Shown piece by piece: positions 29,021 to 38,349 of a stretch of DNA of 64,000 bases; within the stretch, counting starts at the first letter, position 1, and each line of letters opens with the position of its first letter. Source of the stretch: Candidatus Bathyarchaeota archaeon (GTDB taxonomy: Archaea > Thermoproteota > Bathyarchaeia > Bathyarchaeales > Bathycorpusculaceae); assembly GCA_963707955.1 (NCBI GenBank), contig OY970176.1, positions 960,001 through 1,024,000 on the forward strand, written 5' to 3'. Position numbers and translations under genes: made by a program. The notes beneath the pieces were generated by a model. The model was not told the origin of the DNA. It did no database searches and was given only the letters and a program-made list of their open reading frames with translations.

Positions 29021-30217
29021 TTATCCGAAGTTCGTTAAAGCTAGGACTATGTCAGCCAAGTCTATTCTGCCGTCATGGTTCAAATCGCAGTCAGGGTTCC
29101 ATCTTGGATGACCTGGATACGAACCGAAGGCGTTCACTAACATCATAACGTCTTGCATGTCAACTTTTCCGTCGCCGTTGACGTCTCCCAACAGGGTGAT
29201 CCTCAACGTGCCGTCGACTAGAAGATTGTTGGCTACGTTGGTTTCTCCAGGAACAGGCTCTGCATAAGCGCTTATGGTATAGTTGCCTACGGCAAAGCCA
29301 GTGGTGTTCCACGTGAACGTGACTGTCATAGAGTTGCTGGCCGTTAACGTAACGTTTTCTGATCCTACTATGGTTGCGTTGGCGTATGCCGTGACGTTGA
29401 AGGTTTCAGTGTAGCCGCCCTGGTTTGCCACTGTGACGTTTATGTCGGCGCTGAAGCCTTCTTCAACCACAGTCTTAGAAAGGGCAATATCGGTGACGGC
29501 TACATCATGTCCAGGTTGAAACTCGTAAACAAAGTTCCCCGTGTTTACCGCGGGAAGTTCCCACCCGCTTGGCCAATAGTAGAGACCCATCCAAGCTGGA
29601 TCGAACGTGAACGATGAACTCACTTGCGTGTTTGTGCTGTTCACTTGCGCTATTATTCTAAACTCTATCTGCACCAGTGTACCGGTTCCGTTGAAGGTCC
29701 ATATTGGAGTGCCTTGTATAAATGCGGCACCGACGTCGACCTCTTGATAAGTGCTGTTATAGGTGATGAGTTGTTCTGCCGGAACTATCACGTCACTTGC
29801 GGCTGCAACGGCTCCAGCGAAGACGTTGTCTGGTGGAAGCCAATATCCGACGTATTGCAGTGCGGTGTCCTTGAACACCAAACCTGCGCCCCATCCCCAC
29901 AGGCTTTCCGCATTCGTTACGGTGAGGTTTACGAAGAATGTGGAACCTGAAGATGTTTCGTTGGAATAGAATACGAAATCTGGAGTTCCAACGTATCGAA
30001 CAGTGGATGAAGCATTCCATGCGGATGGGTTACTCGCAGGCCCAGGATTCAAGATACTAATACTCGGATTGTCGGTCGCGTGAACGCGCCTAACCAGTTG
30101 AATGTTGAATGCAAATGTTAACGTGCTTATTACGAACAAAAATAGCATTACTGCAGAAACAGTCTTCCTAAACAACCTAATCCCTTCCTCAAACTCTAAA
30201 TCAACACTTTCTCTCAT
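29021..30217 (-). CDS. secreted cohesin-like + CARDB + dockerin protein
   Basis: Signal peptide; NGTGTLVQIEF; HDVAVT...VANQG...GETNVANN; GDVNGDGKVD..D and DLNHDGRID..D. Confidence 0.85.
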   Translation of the reverse strand: MRESVDLEFEEGIRLFRKTVSAVMLFLFVISTLTFAFNIQLVRRVHATDNPSISILNPGPASNPSAWNASSTVRYVGTPDFVFYSNETSSGSTFFVNLTVTNAESLWGWGAGLVFKDTALQYVGYWLPPDNVFAGAVAAASDVIVPAEQLITYNSTYQEVDVGAAFIQGTPIWTFNGTGTLVQIEFRIIAQVNSTNTQVSSSFTFDPAWMGLYYWPSGWELPAVNTGNFVYEFQPGHDVAVTDIALSKTVVEEGFSADINVTVANQGGYTETFNVTAYANATIVGSENVTLTASNSMTVTFTWNTTGFAVGNYTISAYAEPVPGETNVANNLLVDGTLRITLLGDVNGDGKVDMQDVMMLVNAFGSYPGHPRWNPDCDLNHDGRIDLADIVLALTNFG

Positions 30218-30435
30218 AAAGGTTTATGAAAGAAACTTCCATAAGCAGCCTCATCGACAATTGTCGTTCATACCAACCGTTCTGCTGAAACCAGCCTTCA
30301 TACGCGCTCAGAAATCTAGCGCGCGCTCTGTCTTGGCAGGCAATAGATTGCGCAATAAAAGTGCAATCAATTGAGACATAAGCGCGAAAATATAATAACG
30401 GGCGAAGATCATAGCTTTTACAGGCACGTTCTACC

Positions 30436-31962
30436 ATGCAAGTGAATACTATTGAGAATGCGGTGCTTTCAGTCGCGGTTAACCCGATTCTCAAGCGCCT
30501 AGTGAGTAGTTTCGACGAAGAATGCCCCGAGCATGGAAGCCTACTTTTAAACTCCCTTAAGGATTTCTTAGGAGAACAGGTGGAACTATGCCCACGATGT
30601 CAACGGATAAGCCGCAACATCGCTAGGCCATTTTACGAAGTTGGAAGTCGCCTCCTTCGAGTGGACAAGGGATTCATGAGAAAACAGTTTCTGAAAGACC
30701 AGTATGGTGGGGCATGGTTCAGAGGCTTCGGTTTGATGATGAAGGCAGTTGAAAAGTACGGTGTACACATACCTTTCACGCCTGCAGGACCGTTCGAAAT
30801 CGTTTGGAACGTCACATACCAATGCAATCTGCGATGCAAACACTGTTACGAGAACGCGGGAGGAAAAAACCGTACAGAACTTTCAACAGACGAAGCTTTA
30901 CAAGTCGTAGACAAGTTTTCCAACATAGCCGGCATAGGTTTGCCCGCGTTGTCCTTCAGCGGCGGCGAACCTCTGGTGAGAAAAGACTTCTTTGACGTCG
31001 TAGCCTACGCTAGGAAACGTATACCTTACGTAAGCATAGCGTCGAATGGAACCCTCATGACGAAAGACAACGCGAAAAGGATCAAAGACGCCGGCGTGGA
31101 CTACGTTGAAATAAGCGTTGACGCAGCAACACCGCAGCTACATGACACTTTCCGAGGCATACCAGGAGCCTTCGAGAGGACAATGTTAGGCGTGAAAAAC
31201 TGTGCCGAAGAGGGCATAGACACATGTATTGCAACGGTCCTGCACAGGGACAATTTTGCGGAGACAGAAAAGATCATAGGATTAGCCAAAGAAATGGGCT
31301 TGAGGTTCATGCACTTCAACTATATTCCGACTGGCAGAGCAAAAGAGCACGTGGAACTGGATTTGACGCCAGACGAGAGGCTTCACGTGTTGCAGTTGCT
31401 GGGAAAGGAAATAACGGGTCTGTATTTACAGGCGAAAGAAGAAGAACTCAAGTCTGGAAAGTCAAACGTCAAGGTTGACAGGTTTTTCAGCACATGCCCA
31501 CAATATGCCCCTGTGACGAAAGAGCTCTCACGTCAAATAGGTGAGAAATTCTTGGTTGAAGCCCATTACGCAGCAAAAAAAGGCGTTGAAAACACAGCCA
31601 ACTTTCTGGGCGGGTGTGGGGCGGCCCGATTGTACTGTTGCCTCGAACCGAACGGCGACATAAAACCATGCGTGTTTTTCCCAACCAACGAACGCAATGT
31701 CGTCGGCAACGTGCTGAAAGACAGTTTCGAAGAGATATGGGATCGCAACCCGCTTTTTTGGAAACTGCGAACAAGAGAAAATCTGGAAACCTACGTTGTT
31801 AATGGCAAAGCCGTGGGATGCGGCAAGTGTCCAGACAAGTACATCTGCGGAGGATGTCGAGCAAGAGCCTACAGTTACTTCGGCGGAAATGTGGATGCAC
31901 CAGACATAGGGTGTGTGCACAACAAAGCTCTGTGGAACAAGATGGTAGTCGACAAAACGTGA
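30436..31962 (+). CDS. radical SAM/SPASM domain protein
   Basis: CNLRCKHC, SGGEP, GCGAAR...KPC, CGKC...ICGGCRARAY. Confidence 0.93.
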   Translation: MQVNTIENAVLSVAVNPILKRLVSSFDEECPEHGSLLLNSLKDFLGEQVELCPRCQRISRNIARPFYEVGSRLLRVDKGFMRKQFLKDQYGGAWFRGFGLMMKAVEKYGVHIPFTPAGPFEIVWNVTYQCNLRCKHCYENAGGKNRTELSTDEALQVVDKFSNIAGIGLPALSFSGGEPLVRKDFFDVVAYARKRIPYVSIASNGTLMTKDNAKRIKDAGVDYVEISVDAATPQLHDTFRGIPGAFERTMLGVKNCAEEGIDTCIATVLHRDNFAETEKIIGLAKEMGLRFMHFNYIPTGRAKEHVELDLTPDERLHVLQLLGKEITGLYLQAKEEELKSGKSNVKVDRFFSTCPQYAPVTKELSRQIGEKFLVEAHYAAKKGVENTANFLGGCGAARLYCCLEPNGDIKPCVFFPTNERNVVGNVLKDSFEEIWDRNPLFWKLRTRENLETYVVNGKAVGCGKCPDKYICGGCRARAYSYFGGNVDAPDIGCVHNKALWNKMVVDKT

Positions 31963-32052
31963 CTCTTGCGCAACGCGCGCAGGAAGCAGTTCGCAACAGA
32001 CGGAATGAGGGTTGGACGCTTCTAGACGCGTGAAAAGGAATGGTGAGTCGAA

Positions 32053-32646
32053 ATGAGTGAGGGAGAAGGAAACCTAGAAGAAGAATTGAAACCCTTCAAG
32101 GATCTGATTCCGAGCGACGTGGAGAAAGAACTGAAAAACGCGATAAATGAGAATGACGGGGACAAAATCAAGACTCTGCTTGAAGGGAAAATCAACCCTA
32201 TACTTGACAGCTACACGGCGAAAATCAAGAACCCTGACCTCAATGAGGGAGAGCAGATCTTGTGGGTTCACGAAGTCACAAGAGGAATTTTTCACAAAGA
32301 GACAGTTGAAAAATGGACCATAACAAACTTGAGAGCTATGAAATATTATCCAGTGACTAAAGAAAACCCGACTCAGCGTTTAGACTCCGTCGGCCTGGCC
32401 GTCTCTGAGCCAATAATCATGAATCAGCATAGGGTCTCCAAGGGACAGCGAGTTGGCAACTTCACAGGAGTATACAGCGGCGTTTTTGTAGGTACAAGCG
32501 TAGGCTCCAGCACAAGTACGAGCACAACTTACGGAGATTTAGTTTTCTTTATCAAGGGCACAGAAAAGCTTTGTTTTCCAAGTATCAGTGATCCTCATGG
32601 CGTCCAACGTATGATTCAAACCATCAAAAAGCAAAGCAAACGTTAA
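32053..32646 (+). CDS. hypothetical protein (possible PH-like C-terminal part)
   Basis: 197-aa ORF with SD GGTGAG; WTITNLRA, YGDLVF. Confidence 0.6.
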   Translation: MSEGEGNLEEELKPFKDLIPSDVEKELKNAINENDGDKIKTLLEGKINPILDSYTAKIKNPDLNEGEQILWVHEVTRGIFHKETVEKWTITNLRAMKYYPVTKENPTQRLDSVGLAVSEPIIMNQHRVSKGQRVGNFTGVYSGVFVGTSVGSSTSTSTTYGDLVFFIKGTEKLCFPSISDPHGVQRMIQTIKKQSKR

Positions 32647-32828
32647 GCCTCGACCCTGACATTTTCCCGCTTTGATTTCATGCGGCAGTTCTTTCAGCGT
32701 TTCCAAATCCTCGTCGCTGATGCCAAATTTTCCCGTTTCAGCAAGGTTGGTCCAGCGCGGGCATGAAACTTGCGTTTCCAAGCTGTGCATGCCCAGGTTC
32801 TGTTAACTCTTCGTGGGATGCTTCTCCA

Positions 32829-32847
32829 TGTTAACTATCGTGGGATA
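32829..32847 (+). repeat. inner (sub-terminal) inverted repeat, left; perfect partner at 35955-35973
   Basis: TGTTAACTATCGTGGGATA versus TATCCCACGATAGTTAACA. Confidence 0.9.
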
Positions 32848-33005
32848 CCACATATTTTTCTTCTATGGGTGAATGACAAATGACCGCATTACCTATAGAG
32901 GGTTCACGTTAGGGTCATAATGATTCTGGATTCAGATTCCCCCTTAACAATTATTATATCATCAATCCGCTGCGTCGTAATACATCAGAAACAAGTGAAA
33001 TAACG

Positions 33006-34184
33006 ATGCAGCTAAACACGATTTACTGCGGAGACTGTGCACACGTTCTGGCCTACTTTCCAGAATGTTCAGTGGATTTGCTCTATGTTGACCCGCCGTT
33101 CTTCTCTAATAAACACTATGAGATAATATGGGGTAACGGCTACGAGCGACGAGCTTATGAAGACCGATGGAAAGGTGGCAAACGTGGCATTAAAAACTAC
33201 ATAGCTTGGATGCAACCAAAGATAGAACAATGTCATAGAATATTAAAGCCCACTGGAAGTATGTACCTCCATTGCGACTGGCGTGCTAATGCACACCTAA
33301 GAATTTTGATGGATAAAATATTCGGAGAAGAAAACTTTAGAAATGAAATTATCTGGTGTTATAGCGGTGGAGGTATACCGAAAAAGAATTTCCCAGGCAA
33401 ACATGATACAATATTTCGGTATTCCAAATCTAACGATTATTTCTACGTTCCAGAGTATCGTCCATATTCCGCTGGAACTTTACAGAGAGGTAGAACACAA
33501 GTTAAAGGAAAATACTATGCTAATGGATTGAGGAAAGAAGGCACACCTGTGCCTGATTGGTGGACGGACATAAAATGCCTTCACAGTCCAACGGATAAAG
33601 AAAAATTAGGCTATCCCACTCAAAAATCTGAGGCGTTGTTAGAACGAATAATAAAAGCATCGTCAAATCCGACGGATATTGTGTTAGATCCTATGTGTGG
33701 TTGTGGCACAGCCATTGCGACAGCTCACAAATTAGGGCGAAGATGGATTGGAATTGATGTTTCTCCCGTAGCGTGCAAGGTTATGACTGCACGAATGCAA
33801 AAACTGGGATTAAAAATTGCAGAAAACGATATTATTGGTCTTCCAAAATCAGTTGAACAGTTAGAAGCTATGGTCCCTTTTGAATTTCAGAATTGGGTCA
33901 TCCAAAAATTGGATGGCAGACCAAGCAGACGGAAAGTTGGAGACTTCGGTGTTGACGGTTGGCTTACAAATGGAGAACCCGTCCAGATAAAACAGTCAAA
34001 ACGTATTGGAAGAAATGTAGTTGACAACTTTGAAACCGCTATTAGAAGAGAGGGAAAGAAAGCCGGATTGATTGTCGCTCTTAGTTTTGGAAAAGGAGCC
34101 AACGAAGAGGTAGCCAGAGCAAAACAAGACGATGGCTTAGAAATCAGACTCAAAACAGTTAAAGACCTTATTAAAGAGATTTAA
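33006..34184 (+). CDS. N6A/N4C DNA methyltransferase fused to Mrr-like PD-(D/E)xK nuclease domain
   Basis: DPPF, YPTQK, LDPMCGCGT; C-terminal FEFQNWV...GVDG...VQIK. Confidence 0.88.
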   Translation: MQLNTIYCGDCAHVLAYFPECSVDLLYVDPPFFSNKHYEIIWGNGYERRAYEDRWKGGKRGIKNYIAWMQPKIEQCHRILKPTGSMYLHCDWRANAHLRILMDKIFGEENFRNEIIWCYSGGGIPKKNFPGKHDTIFRYSKSNDYFYVPEYRPYSAGTLQRGRTQVKGKYYANGLRKEGTPVPDWWTDIKCLHSPTDKEKLGYPTQKSEALLERIIKASSNPTDIVLDPMCGCGTAIATAHKLGRRWIGIDVSPVACKVMTARMQKLGLKIAENDIIGLPKSVEQLEAMVPFEFQNWVIQKLDGRPSRRKVGDFGVDGWLTNGEPVQIKQSKRIGRNVVDNFETAIRREGKKAGLIVALSFGKGANEEVARAKQDDGLEIRLKTVKDLIKEI

Positions 34185-34367
34185 CTCCCGCAAGAACCTC
34201 TCATCTGCCATAGTCAGGGATGGACTTTTCTTATGAATGTAAATAACTCCGAAGCCTTTGCTGATTGCATCTTCTTTGGCATCTTCAATTTTTCTCTTCG
34301 ATGGGTTACACAAATGTATCCCGCTCTTGCAATAGTCAGCCCGATCATCAGTTCTTATGATTCTCAT
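34137..34367 (-). CDS. small hypothetical cargo protein
   Basis: ORF with upstream GGAG and TTTAAA; no recognisable motif. Confidence 0.4.
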   Translation of the reverse strand: MRIIRTDDRADYCKSGIHLCNPSKRKIEDAKEDAISKGFGVIYIHKKSPSLTMADERFLRELNLFNKVFNCFESDF

Positions 34368-34489
34368 AAGCGTGAGTCGCTCCTTTCAACCTCTTTGTTA
34401 CTCCAGGACATTTAAATTTTCAGTGGAAGCTTTCAGTGGAAGTGGTGTTTCCATTGGAACTTTTGAGAGGATGAGCCACAATAGCTGAC

Positions 34490-34672
34490 TCATTGTGTTT
34501 TTTCGCCTTTTGGTTCCACAATTAGTTTTTTGTCTTTGACTGTCAGTTCCAGTTCTTGACCGCCTTTCCAGCCCAATTCAGTTATTGCTTCATCTGGAAC
34601 TACGATAACATGTTTGTAGTGGTGTTTTTCCTTGTACTTCTAAGCAAGCTGTTTTTGGAGTTTAGCTTTCAT
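34490..34672 (-). pseudogene. AbrB/MazE/SpoVT-type DNA-binding protein with in-frame TAG at codon 11
   Basis: Manual translation MKAKLQKQLA*KYKEKHHYKHVIVVPDEAITELGWKGGQELELTVKDKKLIVEPK. Confidence 0.7.
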
Positions 34673-34812
34673 TTGGGCTTTTCCTTCTGGTCGTTAAAAA
34701 GGTAGTTGATAGCATCGTTGTGCGAGTGGCTTTCACCCTCGTGCATTAGCTCGCCAACCAGAGCATTTACGCGTTTTCGGTTGCTCTCCGTAACTTTTAT
34801 TGTCTTGTCAAT
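34669..34812 (-). pseudogene. 5'-truncated ribbon-helix-helix/antitoxin-like ORF
   Basis: IDKTIKVTESNRKRVNALVGEL...SHNDAINYL; its stop overlaps the AbrB ATG; no start codon. Confidence 0.5.
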
Positions 34813-34821
34813 CGATTCGGG

Positions 34822-35660
34822 TACTGCGAGTCAAAAAACGTGGTCAAAGACGGACTCCGCCACAACAAACACGGAAACATCCAAGTTTACCTCTGCCGAG
34901 ATTGTGGAAAACACTTCACCATAAACTTGGGCTTTAAGAAAATGAAGAGTACGCCTCAAATAATCACAAGCGCCCTACAGCTTTACTTCTCTGGAACATC
35001 TTTGCGGAATGTGGCGGAGTTCTTGAAGCTTCAAGGCGTGGAAGTCTCTTACGTAGCAGTTCACAAGTGGATAACCAAGTACGTCGGCTTGATGGACAAG
35101 TACATCGAGAAGTTAACGCCTCAAGTCGGAGACATTTGGAGGGTCTGACGAACTTTGGCTCAAGGTCAAAAGGCGACAAAAAATACCTCTTCGCAATAAT
35201 GGATGATGAAACTCGCTATTGGATTGCTCAAGAGGTGGCGGGTTCAAAGTACAAGCATAACGCACGAAAACTGTTCCAGTTAGCCAAGAAAGTGACTGGA
35301 ACGAAACCGAAGACGCTCATAACTGACGGGCTTCCAGCTTACCATGACGCTTACAAGAAAGAGTTCTGGACACTGAAGAAAGCCACAAGAACAGAGCACA
35401 TTAACGCTATAGAGCTGAGGGGCGACATGAACAACAATAAAATGGAGCGCATGAACGGAGAAGTCAGAGACCGAGAAAAGATACTGAGAGGAATAGAGAA
35501 AGACGACAGCACAATGCTCTCAGGATACCAACTCTACCACAATTTCATTAGACCCCACATGGCATTAGACGGCAAAACTCTCGCTGAGATGTACGGGCTA
35601 AAAGTCGAGGGCGAAAACAAGTGGAAAACTCTGATAGAGAACGCAAGCAAAAATGAGTAG
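34822..35660 (+). pseudogene. IS6-like DDE transposase with Zn-ribbon and HTH; 5'-truncated, two +1 frameshifts (~35141, ~35170)
   Basis: YC.S..VVKDG.R.N..G.IQ.YLCRDC, SLRNVA, restored W R S D E L W L K V K G D K K Y L F, ITDG, NNKMER, YHNFIRPH. Confidence 0.88.
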
Positions 35661-35661
35661 A

Positions 35662-35907
35662 TTAGCTCGGTGTTTTCTTCAGTATCTCGCTTGTTTTTTG
35701 TAGTAAATCAATTAGATGACCCAACGTTTTCGCCCAAATGCGATACCTCATCGTCCCTTGATATTCTTCCTGTATGGAATATCCCTTACTATCTTTCTCA
35801 CACCATTCAGAAACTTCTTTCCACACATTTGGGGGAATCTCCACATCCCAAACTCCATTGTCCATCACATGAACTTTTAGGTATTTTCTTTCATCTGACA
35901 TTATCAT
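35662..35907 (-). CDS. small hypothetical cargo protein
   Basis: 81-aa AT-rich ORF convergent on the transposase inside the TIRs. Confidence 0.55.
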   Translation of the reverse strand: MIMSDERKYLKVHVMDNGVWDVEIPPNVWKEVSEWCEKDSKGYSIQEEYQGTMRYRIWAKTLGHLIDLLQKTSEILKKTPS

Positions 35908-36060
35908 GCCACAAGTTTATCTAAACTTGTTTTTGGCATTTAAGCATATTCGCTTATCCCACGATAGTTAACAGAGAACTATACTGAAGCCAAATCCCAC
36001 GAAGAGTTAACAGAACTCATGCCCAAAAGGCTTATTAGCGGATGTATTTTCGTGGTATCC

Positions 36061-37176
36061 ATGGAATCTGCCAACGTTGTGATTATAGGGGCAGGCGTCG
36101 TAGGTCTGGCTGTTGCCGCCAGCGTTTCTGAGAATAGTGACGGCGTGTATGTTTTTGAAAAGAACGCGCGGTACGGCCAAGAAACAAGCAGCCACAATAG
36201 TGCCGTCATCCATTCGGGCATCCATTACCCTAACAATTCTTTGAAAGCGAAGTTGTGCGTGAAAGGAAACACGATGCTGTATGCGCTTTGCGAGAAATAC
36301 CAGATTCCCTTCAAGAGGTTGGGCAAGTTGACTGTGGCCATTGGGGAAGAAGAGGTTGACGAGCTTGGCAAGCTGATGAGGATGGGCACAGACAATGGCG
36401 TGGAAGGCTTAAAGTTCTTGGACGGAGAAGATGTTAGGAAGTTGGAACCGAACGTTGAGGTTGAAAAGGCTCTTCTTTCACCGTCAACTGGCATAGTCGA
36501 GCCAGATGAGCTGATGAATCATTTCCATACGCGCATGCGCAAAAACAACGCGGTCCTGGCAACGGAGACTGAGCTTCAAAGTTTGAAGAAGGTCGATAAT
36601 GGCTATGAAGTGGGAGGGGTGAGCATGGGTGAGAAGTTTCACGTTACCGCCAAGACCGTTGTGAACTGTGCTGGGCTGTATTCCGACAGAGTCGCAGGCA
36701 TAGCAGGGCTGAACGTGGACAAGATTGGATACAGGCTTTACCCGTGTAAGGGAGACTATTTCAGAGTGGCTGGAAAACCTCTTGTCAAAATGCTTGTTTA
36801 TCCAGTTCCGAAGGGGCCCGGCCTAGGCATCCACTTGACGCCTGACCTGGGCGGGTCGATTAGGCTGGGACCGAACGCTTACTACGTTGACAAGATTGAT
36901 TACACCGTCGAGTCTAACGAGAAAGAGTTTCGAGAAGACGTGACAAGGTTTGTGCCGAAGATCCGCGAGTATCAGATTCATGAGGATTCTTCCGGGATAA
37001 GACCGAAGCTTGAGGGTCCGCAGGACGGTTTTAAGGATTTTGTCATAAGGCACGAGGCCGACCGGGGCCTTTTTGGTTTCATTAACCTGGTCGGAATAGA
37101 GTCCCCAGGTCTGACAGCCGCTCCAGCAATAGGCGAGCTTGTCGCCGAAATGATAGAGACCGAAATCAAGAAATAA
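36061..37176 (+). CDS. FAD-dependent oxidoreductase (L-2-hydroxyglutarate oxidase-like)
   Basis: IGAGVVGLA, SSHNSAVIHSG, GIESPGLTA; start re-set to ATG 36061. Confidence 0.9.
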   Translation: MESANVVIIGAGVVGLAVAASVSENSDGVYVFEKNARYGQETSSHNSAVIHSGIHYPNNSLKAKLCVKGNTMLYALCEKYQIPFKRLGKLTVAIGEEEVDELGKLMRMGTDNGVEGLKFLDGEDVRKLEPNVEVEKALLSPSTGIVEPDELMNHFHTRMRKNNAVLATETELQSLKKVDNGYEVGGVSMGEKFHVTAKTVVNCAGLYSDRVAGIAGLNVDKIGYRLYPCKGDYFRVAGKPLVKMLVYPVPKGPGLGIHLTPDLGGSIRLGPNAYYVDKIDYTVESNEKEFREDVTRFVPKIREYQIHEDSSGIRPKLEGPQDGFKDFVIRHEADRGLFGFINLVGIESPGLTAAPAIGELVAEMIETEIKK

Positions 37177-37662
37177 GGCCCTTATTTTGCACCGACACTG
37201 TCAGCACGTTTCAGGAACGTTCTAGGTAGCGCGCGCAAGAGAGCTTACACGCTTTGCATATACACTTTGCATATACGGTTGGCGAGGATAAGTGAAAAGC
37301 GCGCTATCAAAGTTGTTACGTTTGATGGAAACTTAGATCGCGCGTTAACATGGCGGAGCTAGTTTATGATTTGCTGAACTGCAAATTCAGCTTCCTATTC
37401 TGAGTCCTCGCCTAGGGACTGGTTAACATGGTTTTTGTTCTTCTTTTGGGGTTTGGGGACAGTTTCGGGTTTCGTGCGTGTCCATGCCTTCAATGGAAGC
37501 ATCTCTTTCCCAGAACACGGGAACGGAATTAAAACCATTTCTTACCATTTTCGGAAGAGACATACGTGCCATGCTTCGATGCCTCGGCTCTTGTGAGTGT
37601 AAATGCATTAACCTAAGTAGTTGTGCACAACGGTTAAGTATCTATCCAAGGAAATCAGGAGC

Positions 37663-38349
37663 ATGAATAAGATGGAAAAAGTGATACTTTCATGGAGTGG
37701 AGGCAAGGATAGCGCTCTCGCACTTTATGAGATTCAGAAAACCGACAGCTATAAAATACTTGGACTGCTGACAACGCTGACAAAAGATTATGATAGAATT
37801 AGCATTCACGGTGTGCGACGGACATTGCTCGAGAAACAGGCAGATTCCTTGGGTTTTCCTCTTGAGAAAGTGCTCATTTCAAAGAGCGCTTCAATCAAAG
37901 AATATGAATTTAAGATGAGTGAAATCCTTTCAAAATATTTGACTGTCGGGTTCTCCTCTGTAGTCTTTGGAGACATTTTTCTAGAGGATGTAAGAAAATA
38001 TAGAGAGGACTATCTGTCCAAGATGGGGATGAGAGGAATTTTCCCTCTATGGAAAAGGGACACCCATGAACTTGCTCACGCATTCATAGATTTGGGCTTC
38101 AAAGCGATTGTCACTTGTGTTGACTTAAACGTCCTTGACAAAAGATTTGCTGGCAGAATATTTAACGAGCAATTTTTGTCTGACCTTCCTTCGAGCGTTG
38201 ATCCCTGTGGCGAAAATGGAGAATTTCACTCATTTGTGTATGACGGACCGATATTCCAAGAGCAAATATCACATGAGATAGGGGAAGCTGTTTTGAGAGA
38301 AAATCGTTTTTACTACTGTGATTTAATACCCCTTCCAAAATCAATCTGA
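37663..38349 (+). CDS. diphthamide synthase (Dph6/MJ0570)-family PP-loop ATPase
   Basis: SWSGGKDS, FGDIFL, DPCGENGEFH. Confidence 0.88.
   Translation: MNKMEKVILSWSGGKDSALALYEIQKTDSYKILGLLTTLTKDYDRISIHGVRRTLLEKQADSLGFPLEKVLISKSASIKEYEFKMSEILSKYLTVGFSSVVFGDIFLEDVRKYREDYLSKMGMRGIFPLWKRDTHELAHAFIDLGFKAIVTCVDLNVLDKRFAGRIFNEQFLSDLPSSVDPCGENGEFHSFVYDGPIFQEQISHEIGEAVLRENRFYYCDLIPLPKSI

Larger units (their letters stand above)
32796..36017. mobile_element. IS6-family-like cargo-carrying transposon (3222 bp), decayed
   Basis: TIR GGTTCTGTTAACTCTTCGTGGGAT (32796-32819) matches the reverse complement of 35994-36017 at 23/24; 8-bp TSD CATGCCCA at 32788-32795 and 36018-36025; DDE transposase inside. Confidence 0.92.

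Noticed and set aside
34640-34642. In-frame TAG in the AbrB-like ORF as a pyrrolysine or readthrough codon
   Set aside because: It lies in a decayed transposon, is one change from a Tyr codon, and no pyl genes are in the window.
35130-35175. Programmed frameshifting of the transposase
   Set aside because: Two separate +1 shifts in short runs plus a 5' truncation fit decay or error better.
36019-36060. N-terminal extension of the FAD oxidoreductase in the ORF track
   Set aside because: Its ATG lies in the transposon target duplication; the Rossmann motif fits a start at 36061.
37663-38349. Dph6-family gene as a functional partner of the EF-2 in this window
   Set aside because: It is 12 kb away in an accessory CG-bounded region, and the family includes members not involved in diphthamide synthesis.
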